This document shows, one piece after another, positions 1 through 8,700 of a stretch of DNA of 64,000 bases; position 1 is the stretch's first letter; each line of letters starts with the position of its first letter. The position numbers were made by a program, and so were the translations under genes. Origin of the DNA: Auanema rhodensis (Eukaryota > Animalia > Nematoda); assembly GCA_964057225.1 (NCBI GenBank), contig OZ059899.1, positions 20,708,001-20,772,000 on the forward strand, in the 5' to 3' direction. The notes beneath the pieces are model-generated. The model had not been told where the DNA came from. It saw only the letters and a list, made by a program, of their open reading frames with translations, and did no database searches.

Positions 1-241
1 CAGCTTTGCCTTATGGAATGACTATGGATGGTTGGTCTTCCTTTCTTAGCTCTCTTTCACTTTATATCTTTATGTAGACTTATATAACTTATTGTAATCA
101 TGTAGACAAAATAAACCTTTCTTTCTCGAGTCTTATGTTTACCCATTATGCTCTTTATCTACCGCTACATCTGGAATACTATCACACTCATCTTGTAGGC
201 TTTATTGGTCTATAGGATCGACGTGAGAGCATAACGGAGCG
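1..241 (+). repeat. 5' LTR (partial, truncated by window start)
   Basis: Matches 11124-11364 except at 146 (T vs A) and 239 (G vs A); identity ends exactly before the TGG of the PBS. Confidence 0.95.
81..115 (+). promoter_or_regulatory. LTR TATA-like box (TATATAA 81-87) and AATAAA poly(A) signal (110-115; copy in the 3' LTR at 11233-11238)
   Basis: Motifs in the expected U3/R order within the LTR; AT-rich context makes chance matches possible. Confidence 0.45.
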
Positions 242-254
242 TGGAGGTTCCACC
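242..254 (+). promoter_or_regulatory. Primer binding site complementary to the 3' end of tRNA-Gln
   Basis: TGGAGGTTCCACC immediately after the LTR is the reverse complement of GGTGGAACCT-CCA, the 3' end of metazoan tRNA-Gln (recalled, not searched). Confidence 0.8.
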
Positions 255-1646
255 TCGAACATTTTATCTTGATTTCTTGACTATTTTCTCTTATATGTCG
301 TTATTTTCAATATTTCATTGAATCTGAATTCTCTTATATCTCTAAACCATCTACTCCATGTCTTAACACAATACGGTGGGGCCAACAACGTTTAAAAGGG
401 AACAGATGCAAGGACCACTCCTTTTGGAGATGGATATTTTATATTTTTTGAAACTGAAGTTATATTTTCCCGTTTGTTCACAATTTTCTGTCTGTCTGAA
501 CCCAACAATTTTTATACCCTTGCTGTTAACATCGAATACTCTGTTACCCGAACTCGAAGCATTTTTGAGGACCCTAGGATGAATTAGTGAACAAATTCAC
601 CTAAGGATATTTTTATTGAGATTTATGCCCACACTTTCTCCTTTTAAGGATTGATTTTGGCTTCGAGGAAAGAATAGCCACGGTTATTTCTTTATTTTTG
701 TGGATGAAACAATTTTGTGCACCAAATTGAGTTTATTTCATATTTTGCGATCCGGACTATTTTATTTTGCGTTACATTTCTGTTCAGACAACTTTTTGCC
801 ATTAACATCCAAAAATATTTTGATAACGCATTGAATTTACACGGGAAACCTCACCTAAATGGGAGGAATATTATGAAAAGTGAAATTTAAGATCGCTATA
901 GTCCGAAAAATCCTGTACAATTTTACGAACTGAATTATTATTAGTGATTGTCTATCAGGTCGTGTTGGCTTAAGCATATCAGTTTGGATTTTCTCCCCTT
1001 ACTATATGTCACCTTCCTCATACCGTTATTGTTGTTTTGAAGCATAAGACTCATTCCTAAACACCATAATTCTTTAAATATAGTTATTGTAATCTTTAGT
1101 CATCTATTCCTAGCCATAATTTTAAAACTAGATTTCTGATCATGATGGGACTACGGTACTCATTCGTTTTCCAAATTGCTTCCTTAAAGAGTAATGCTAT
1201 TACGAATGTACATTATGAAAACCGCTAAAATCCTTTGAACATTTACCAAAGTCCATTTTCGTGGCATTTTCGATCACTCGTGAGTCCAAAAAGATCAGAA
1301 TCGTCAGAAAAAGAAAAAAAAATGGGAATAAGGACTAATGAGATTGCTCAGGCATCAATCAAGTGAGCACTGAACATTTTTGAACATATACAAACTGGTT
1401 GAATTATATACATTTAAGAATATTAAATTGGGAAGCGAACAAAGTCCAAATTTTCATACGGTAGTAGGCGGATCTCTGTTGATGGCCACAACTTAGATTC
1501 ATTCCTCAACGCCGTTATACAAACCAGTTACTCACAGCTTTCTCACCCCTTTTCCAAAACTCCTTATCCATAACATTCATTAACGTCTCAAAATCCCCCA
1601 CGTTACTAAACACTCAAGGTTTTTCCAAACCAAGAGCGCTACCAAA

Positions 1647-4292
1647 GTGGATAAGCGATTCCGATCAGCTGTACCTCTCAGTACACGAACTGATTTTGAT
1701 CTGCGAGACTCAGCTCCACTCCCCAGAAGCCGAGCTCGCGCGCAGAGCATCGCTATAATCGAAGACGAGCAGAAAGCCGAGCACAAAACCGACAAATTCT
1801 TTACTCCTCGTGCAGGCACTTATTCACCTACTGAACGATTAAGCGACGAGGATTACGTACCACCAGGAGGAGAAGAAACATCCGTCATAGTGGAAGAACA
1901 AACACCAGTTACTGCTAAAAAGGTACGCTCCTCTAATTCAAATAAAAATAAGAAAAATAAAAATAAAAACTCAAGCAATTCGGACGCATCTCTCTCTCTG
2001 TCCATCCCTGAACCAACAGTTTCACCTTCAGTGGCCACTACTAGTGCAGGCGGTTTACAAACTTTTAAAAACATAGTTTCTGATCTCTTCAATCGTTCAC
2101 CAAAAGATCGAAACTTGAACACCAGTCACACGAATAGATACTCGTCGGTTCCAAACATTAATTCATCTCCCATACAACCACCCGAACATACACATCTTGC
2201 TATTACTGATAACCAAACTTCAACCCCAATTTTACCAAATACAACAACAGGAAGTTCAAAAGCACCAAACCAACCCAGCCGCTCAGTACACACAACCCCT
2301 GTGTCTGAGAACTCATTAACAACAGGCAGAGTGATAAAAATGCCATCTGCCCGTACAAGTAATATAGCAACTGAACCCTCTTTACCTGGGGCAGGGAAAA
2401 CTACCATAGCGCAAGCCTTGTTATCACCCTACTGCCCAACTTATGATGGCAGTCGCAACTTTCGAGATTTCACGGCTAAATTCAACCTATTTGCCAACGC
2501 TGTAGGTCTGGTAATCCCGGAGAGATTAGCCCTCCTACCTTTGCTTCTTAAAAACGAAGCAGCGGAAGAAGCGTACAGGCAAGTACCTAAACAATTAAAA
2601 ACCACCGGTTCATGGAATGACCTGTTAAGAGCTTTAACATCTAAGCTGTGTCCTGAATATAATCAGGACCCCGCGCTGATCAATCTCCAAAATACAACCC
2701 AAGGAGATCTGACAATTGACGCTTACGCTCAATCACTGAGAACGATTGCACTAAGCGCTTTTGCCACGGATGACCCTCACAAAGATCACATATTAAGATC
2801 AACTTTCCTCAGAGGACTGAAAAATACTCTGAAACCAGCTGTGATTCGAGCGAAGCCAAAATCCTTCACGGATGCGATTGAGGCTGCTCGCTGGGAAGAA
2901 TCAATAATGAACCAGACAACAGACACGCAGTCCATGCTAGTCAATGCTGTAAACAAAGCACTAGCTCCTTTCGCGCGCACAAACGAGAGACGAGATAACC
3001 GAAATTTCGATCGTAATTATCCACGTGATAACCAAAACAATAAAAATTATCATAATTATCAAAATTATCAGAAAAATAAAAACTTTTCAAAATATAATAA
3101 CAACCAAAATCGTAACGGCTCTTTTGCTACTTATCGCCGTAACAATAATTATGAACGAAATTCGGGACGATTTAATAACAACTGGCATTCAAACAATTTT
3201 AATCCTTCAAACAATAATAGAAGAGGAAGGACTAATGAACATAACGGACAAAGAAGAGTCCATTTTAACAATCAAAGAGATCAATCAAGAGGACGAGATA
3301 GAAGCACATCACGAATTAACTCTGTGACCCTTTCACCGTTATCACTAACGGTTGTAATGGCAATCACAGTAGCAATTTTCCTGCCATGTGTAACTTCATA
3401 TCAAATTTGCACAAAAGCAACTGGAGGAGCCTTATTAGTTCCACCAGTAGTAAAGAAATGTAAATTAACAGAAACAAATCATGTGCTACGTACACAAATC
3501 CATCTATACACGCGAAACCACACGGCACACGAGTGGGACGCGTGGCGCTGCTCGAAGGAAGTACACAAGCTGTGTGTACGCGATTTGTTATTCCTCCGCG
3601 ACACAAACAGAACAATCGATAGGGTGCAGCCTATAGCGGCGCACGAGTGCAGGCAGGCGATTCGCGATCGCAAATGGAATAACATGGAGCTGGAGAGAAT
3701 CGATAGTATAGCACAAGCAACCCCAGAGCCCTCCTATGATCCGGCGCGCGCGTTTAGCCGCGACGAGTGCGAGGAGCGGCCGCGTTTAGTACTAGAGCGC
3801 GGAGTCATGACCCGCATGCCCGATGATACAATATTATCCAATTTAATACTAAACACTGAAGGTTGTAGTGCTCATCATGGTAATTGCAAATCAAATACAT
3901 CAATAATTATATGGGATACCCAAACATCGGATTCCCGTTGTAATTATATCGATATGCATTACTACGATGCTATAATAAGCAAAGAAACCATTCTGATTCC
4001 AAGTACACAATCAGCGCTTATCCTTTCGAGTAAAATAACACCAAAACCAATTGCATCCTGCTTTAGACAACCAGCATTCCATACAACATCAGGAAATTAT
4101 ATAACATTCCCCAAATATCCTAATGATAACAATATCACACTCCTAATTGAACGAGAATTTAAGAAATTTCCGTTCAAAAGACCTAAACGCGCAACTTCTA
4201 CAAAATGCTCATTCCCATTCGATCAGGATAGAATAAATGATGTTGAAGATTTTGAAACGTACACGCTTCGAATTTGCCCATATCCATTTTGA
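1647..4292 (+). CDS. gag: Gag (S/T/P-rich N-terminus, capsid domain, N/R-rich basic region) fused in frame to the signal peptide and N-terminal ectodomain of Env; true start uncertain (frame open from 1584; first ATG at 2340 in AAAATG context)
   Basis: 881-aa ORF; capsid-like motifs CPTYDG...WNDLLRAL...QGDLTIDAY...FLRGL...AIEAARWEE; hydrophobic stretch at 3330-3398 followed by a Cys-rich domain with N-glycosylation sequons. Confidence 0.85.
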   Translation: MDKRFRSAVPLSTRTDFDLRDSAPLPRSRARAQSIAIIEDEQKAEHKTDKFFTPRAGTYSPTERLSDEDYVPPGGEETSVIVEEQTPVTAKKVRSSNSNKNKKNKNKNSSNSDASLSLSIPEPTVSPSVATTSAGGLQTFKNIVSDLFNRSPKDRNLNTSHTNRYSSVPNINSSPIQPPEHTHLAITDNQTSTPILPNTTTGSSKAPNQPSRSVHTTPVSENSLTTGRVIKMPSARTSNIATEPSLPGAGKTTIAQALLSPYCPTYDGSRNFRDFTAKFNLFANAVGLVIPERLALLPLLLKNEAAEEAYRQVPKQLKTTGSWNDLLRALTSKLCPEYNQDPALINLQNTTQGDLTIDAYAQSLRTIALSAFATDDPHKDHILRSTFLRGLKNTLKPAVIRAKPKSFTDAIEAARWEESIMNQTTDTQSMLVNAVNKALAPFARTNERRDNRNFDRNYPRDNQNNKNYHNYQNYQKNKNFSKYNNNQNRNGSFATYRRNNNYERNSGRFNNNWHSNNFNPSNNNRRGRTNEHNGQRRVHFNNQRDQSRGRDRSTSRINSVTLSPLSLTVVMAITVAIFLPCVTSYQICTKATGGALLVPPVVKKCKLTETNHVLRTQIHLYTRNHTAHEWDAWRCSKEVHKLCVRDLLFLRDTNRTIDRVQPIAAHECRQAIRDRKWNNMELERIDSIAQATPEPSYDPARAFSRDECEERPRLVLERGVMTRMPDDTILSNLILNTEGCSAHHGNCKSNTSIIIWDTQTSDSRCNYIDMHYYDAIISKETILIPSTQSALILSSKITPKPIASCFRQPAFHTTSGNYITFPKYPNDNNITLLIEREFKKFPFKRPKRATSTKCSFPFDQDRINDVEDFETYTLRICPYPF
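2433..2903 (+). other. Retrotransposon Gag capsid-like domain
   Basis: Pattern P.YDG..F..F...F / L..L...A..AY / W..L...L / Q....I..Y...L / F..GL / P.SF..AI..A..EE is typical of Ty3/Gypsy Gag. Confidence 0.8.
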
Positions 4293-4301
4293 AGACCACT
4301 T

Positions 4302-5060
4302 ATGAGTAATCCAGGAATTACACAAATTATTCCTCTAATTAAAGGAAGACGTATGGTAGACCCTACATATTCCTTGAAAGAATGGATAATAGCCCATCGT
4401 GAAAATTTTGAATTTTTCTTTAAAATTCAAATTTATGAGAAATCTTTTAGACATTTTCTCAAACAATATGATTTTCGTGATAAAGACGAAGCCATTTTAC
4501 AATATGTTGCTCAAAGAGAATTAGCTTTAGCTACTAAAGCTGGAATATCTTATTTAACATCCAGGCAACTTCTTCAACAAATATCAGATCGTTTGACCGT
4601 TATTGAATTTGATCGGTTAATTCGTACAAAAGAAGGCACTTATCGAGAGCGTGCTGAAACTATTGCTCTTGATTTAGCCAATACACCAGTTATAATTGAA
4701 GAAAAATTAACAGTTCCATCAAGACAAGAAATATTAAAAGCATTCGTAAAAATGCCACCAATAAGGAAACAATTATTAACTGATCAAGAAGAAAGAAACA
4801 GCAAATTTATAAAAGATACAATTGACCTTGTACATGAGCTAAAAACTCTCGTTACGCTTAGAAGAAATAAAACAGCAGCTGATATTGATGACATAAAATT
4901 TATAAACCTTCATCTTCACGAATGTTTGTACTTGATACTGATAAATTGTTCTATGACATCAAGAATAATTTTGGAATACCAATTGGACCACATCCCAAGC
5001 TCAAAGAGCCCAACAACATCTCTAAGGACTTATTATTGGAAATATTTTTACCACAACTAA
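4302..5060 (+). CDS. Middle fragment of env (helical, Cys-poor inserted domain); same frame as ORF 1647-4292 after a single TGA; probably out of the true frame after ~4900
   Basis: In frame with the upstream ORF (…CPYPF*RPLMSNPG…); overlaps the next ORF in the -1 frame. Confidence 0.6.
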   Translation: MSNPGITQIIPLIKGRRMVDPTYSLKEWIIAHRENFEFFFKIQIYEKSFRHFLKQYDFRDKDEAILQYVAQRELALATKAGISYLTSRQLLQQISDRLTVIEFDRLIRTKEGTYRERAETIALDLANTPVIIEEKLTVPSRQEILKAFVKMPPIRKQLLTDQEERNSKFIKDTIDLVHELKTLVTLRRNKTAADIDDIKFINLHLHECLYLILINCSMTSRIILEYQLDHIPSSKSPTTSLRTYYWKYFYHN

Positions 5061-5659
5061 ACGATAATATTTTGCCTAATACATCTAGTAGAATATCATC
5101 AGAACAGTTAAAAAGATTAATGACAGAGAAAATCCAACTTAAATCGTTGCAAACCACGACGCGTGCGCCAAGCAACGCGGCAGGCGGCGCGGCCGAGATG
5201 GCAGCCCTCCCTATAATCGATCGTGAGGCGCTGATCACAACAGATCCCGCAATACTGCCGCAAACATCTACAAGCCCTCGGGCAGCCGCAACAACTACCG
5301 CGCGCGCGCCTTCATCGATGGCCCAGCCCGAAACAACGGCGCGCCATACAACCGCAACGACAACCGCGCGCGCAACAATATCGACCCGCGCGCCGCCAAC
5401 TACTATACTCTACGCTGTTCATCAAGATCAACAAATTCCAATAATGGAAGAAACAACATATACACCAATATCCTTGATTCGTAAACATAGAGCATCATCA
5501 ACGCCTACAGCCACCGATATAGAGTCTGTACAGGCTAATGCTCAATACATTGCCACAAAAATTGACTCCGAACAACAGTTTCGCCAAAACATAACAAGCA
5601 GAATTGCACAAGATCATTTGCAATATGCTACAACTATGATTCAAGAAGAACTGCAGTAA
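4922..5659 (+). CDS. env fragment with Thr/Ala-rich mucin-like region and second furin-type site; frame open from 4892 and continuous with pol across TAA 5657
   Basis: TTTARAP-like low-complexity tract 5150-5405; RKHR; same frame as 5753-10330 with 31 sense codons between the stop and the next ATG. Confidence 0.65.
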   Translation: MFVLDTDKLFYDIKNNFGIPIGPHPKLKEPNNISKDLLLEIFLPQLNDNILPNTSSRISSEQLKRLMTEKIQLKSLQTTTRAPSNAAGGAAEMAALPIIDREALITTDPAILPQTSTSPRAAATTTARAPSSMAQPETTARHTTATTTARATISTRAPPTTILYAVHQDQQIPIMEETTYTPISLIRKHRASSTPTATDIESVQANAQYIATKIDSEQQFRQNITSRIAQDHLQYATTMIQEELQ

Positions 5660-5752
5660 CATTTTAAAGAGTCATACGAATCAATATGTGAGATCCAAAA
5701 TAGGTATCTTGAATTATGGAGATCAATTTTACAAATTGAACCAACAATAGCT

Positions 5753-8700
5753 ATGCGTACAATACTGGGAAGAGAAGATATAGCCGCAAGATTTGTAGGC
5801 AGCGAGATATTACACATACATGTTTGCCCGGTAGTATTACAAAAGACTATATATCACAATCACACTGTGAATGACACATGTTATCTCGAAACTCCAGTAT
5901 TAACACAAGAAGGACAATTACTGTTTGCCGCACCAGGATCGAAAGACCTATTACCTCATGGTAAAGAAATTAACTGTGATCACGTACCAACAGACGTATG
6001 GTCAACAGACGGTGAATGGAAAGGAATTAATGGTACTGTAGACGTCAGTCTCATATCCATGTGGGACGGACTTCATCATGAAAAGATCACGCCACTAAAA
6101 TTCACCGGAGCACACTTATACACCAACTTATCATCTCGAGTGTACTCAATGACAACAGCCATTGCTTATGGTGCTAGTTTAGCATCGATTCGTCAAAATC
6201 ACGTGCTTCACACAATTCATCATGATCCAAAAATATCATCAGCATTCAGCATATTGAAGAAAAGTAGTGATTACATCTCCAAAGCCAATGAATTCACCAA
6301 AAGTACATGGAATTCTTTTGTCGATACAATAGCAGGAACGATTGAACGAACACTCATCACTATTGGAGCAATTACAATTATTGTAGTTATACTGATCGTA
6401 CTAGCCTTTGTTGCGAAAATATATTTCTTCAAACCAATAGGCATGCAAGTCATGCATATCGAACTCCGAGATCAAACCAACGATCTTCCCACATATGAAG
6501 AAACATTAGAGCTAGTAAGTCAACCTGATCAGCCAATACCAAGGAACATAATGAAACAGTACTATCCATCGTTTCTCACTTTAGTTCCACTAGCTATGCC
6601 CATAGTTTATTCAGTTTCCAATCGCAAAGACCAAACTCTACCACTGCTATTGATGACTGTTAACGATAGACTAATCCTAACTCTTTGGGATTCAGGATCA
6701 TCGATTAGTTATATCAGACTCTCGACATTACATTACTTAACTTTGAATGATTTTGTAAAAAAGGATAAATCAGTTGCAACGACAGCAAACGGATCAGCAT
6801 TTCGATTTCTGGGAACAATTGATTTAACCGTAGAAATCGCTGGATATGAAATAGATCATACATTCTTCATTTCAAGAGATGAAGACTGTCCATCACCAGC
6901 ATTAATTGGATTAGATTTTATGAAAACACTCGACCGTCAAAATATCGGTATGAAACTTCGACCATTCAAACAAACGTTAGAAATCGGAAACCGCGTAGTA
7001 CCGTTAGCCAATGGAAATAACGGGAATATTAGAAAAACATCATTTGTCATTAATTTGATAAACTTAAATCCACAATGTATCTTTCCTCATCAGACCTGTA
7101 GAATACCAGTAAGGTTAGCTGAACCCATATCACACAACGAAGTCGCCATGCTACAACCCGATGAAGAAAAGACGATATCTACCACCTACGAAACAGCATT
7201 TCGAGACGTCAATTCAATTACCATGACATTCAAAAACAACACTGATCATCCTATAGATCTATCACCCGGAAACATTATTGACAAAGCAAAAATAGGCGTA
7301 CTGCCACAATACGAGATCTTTACGACCGAACACAACCCAGACTATATACCACCTGAAGCGGATTGGGAAAATAAATTACCTCATTTCCCTCAGGACTTTA
7401 TGAACGATCTTGATTTAAAAGACGCCGACCTAACTAAAGAACAAAAAGATCTTCTTCAGCTTTGTATTCTCCGTAATAGAGATGCATTTTTAAATGAGGA
7501 TAAACAAATAGGACTATTTAAAGGACCTGTAGAGCATTCAATACCTCTAAGAACAGATATGGACATGCCTAGACCGCGTATAACGCGTATCCCTATAGGC
7601 AAACAAGAAGAAGTCGAAAGACAGGTACAGGAGATGCTGAAGCAAAATATAATTGAACCATCCACATCTCTTTTCAATAGTCCTGTAGTTTTAGTCAAAA
7701 AGAAAGATGAAACATTCCGTTTCGTAACCGATTTCCGTGCTCTAAATAACGTCACTCGCAAGCAAACGTACATCATACCTAACATCTCTGACATTGTCGA
7801 TATGGCAGCCGGATCACAATATTTTTCTAACTTTGATTTAGTATCCGGATTCTTCCAAATAGCATTAAAGAAATCAGATCGACCATTAACAGCATTTACA
7901 ACAAACACCGGTACTTATCAATATAGAAGGATGCCTATGGGGTTATGTGGAGCGCCACATACCTTTCAAACAGCAGTACGATACCTTCAAAGCCGATGTA
8001 AATGCCGACTCTTTGTTTATTTGGATGATCTACTCGTTATATCAGACACTGCAGAACAACATCTTGACGATATAGCTGAGATTCTCAGAGAAGTAAAGAA
8101 ATTAGGCATGAAAATAAAACTCAAGAAATGCGCTTTTGCAAGACCTGAAGTAAAATTTCTTGGTTTAATTGTCGGAAGAGATGGGGTCAAACCAGATCCA
8201 CAGAAAGTCTCCGCCATTCAAGACTATCCTGCTCCAAAGTCACCTACAGGAGTAAGAGCATTTTTGGGAATGGTAGGATTCTTTCGGAAATTTATTAAGG
8301 ATTTTGCACACATCGCAAGCCCTTTATACGACCTTACAAAACTTGATATGGAATTTCAATGGAATGACAAAAGTCAACAAGCTGTTGATACACTAAAAAG
8401 AAAATTGATCCAAGCACCGGTCTTAAAACCACCAAGATCAGACCGTATGTTCATTATAGAAAGTGACGGTAGTAATATCGCAGTGGGAGCAGTGTTATTA
8501 CAACCTGAAGATCCCAATGAACCACTCAAAAACTTACATCCAATTGCATTTGCAAGCCGTAAACTTGTAAAAGCAGAACGTAACTATGCTCCTATTGAAA
8601 TAGAAGCGTTAGGACTCGTATACGCTTTAGCTCAGTTTCGAACATATATACTTGGATCACATACAATCTGTATCACAGACCATCGACCATTAACAAGCTT

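Larger units (their letters stand above)
3330..6415 (+). pseudogene. env: env: class III (herpesvirus gB-like) fusion glycoprotein, interrupted by TGA 4290-4292, a frameshift near 4892-4920 and TAA 5657-5659
   Basis: Signal peptide LSPLSLTVVMAITVAIFLPCVTS|YQIC; many Cys and NxS/T sequons; RPKR 4179-4190 and RKHR 5480-5491; reading through TAA5657 gives ICEIQNRYLELWRSILQIEPTIAMRTILGREDIAARFVGSEILHIHVCPVV...TCYLETPV, resembling the gB core CxxQN...LW...NP...GRxxxARxxGD...C.PV...CY; TM at 6353-6415. Confidence 0.8.

Noticed and set aside
376-582. 68-aa leader ORF
   Set aside because: GTG start, short, AT-rich and without recognisable similarity; cannot be supported as a gene.
2385-2405. Walker-A-like PGAGKT in Gag
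   Set aside because: It lacks the first Gly of GxxxxGKT and the preceding hydrophobic strand, and lies in a disordered region; probably chance.
4893-4904. Programmed -1 slippery site
   Set aside because: AAATTTA is present but not in the required X XXY YYZ phase relative to the upstream frame, and no obvious downstream stimulatory structure was seen.
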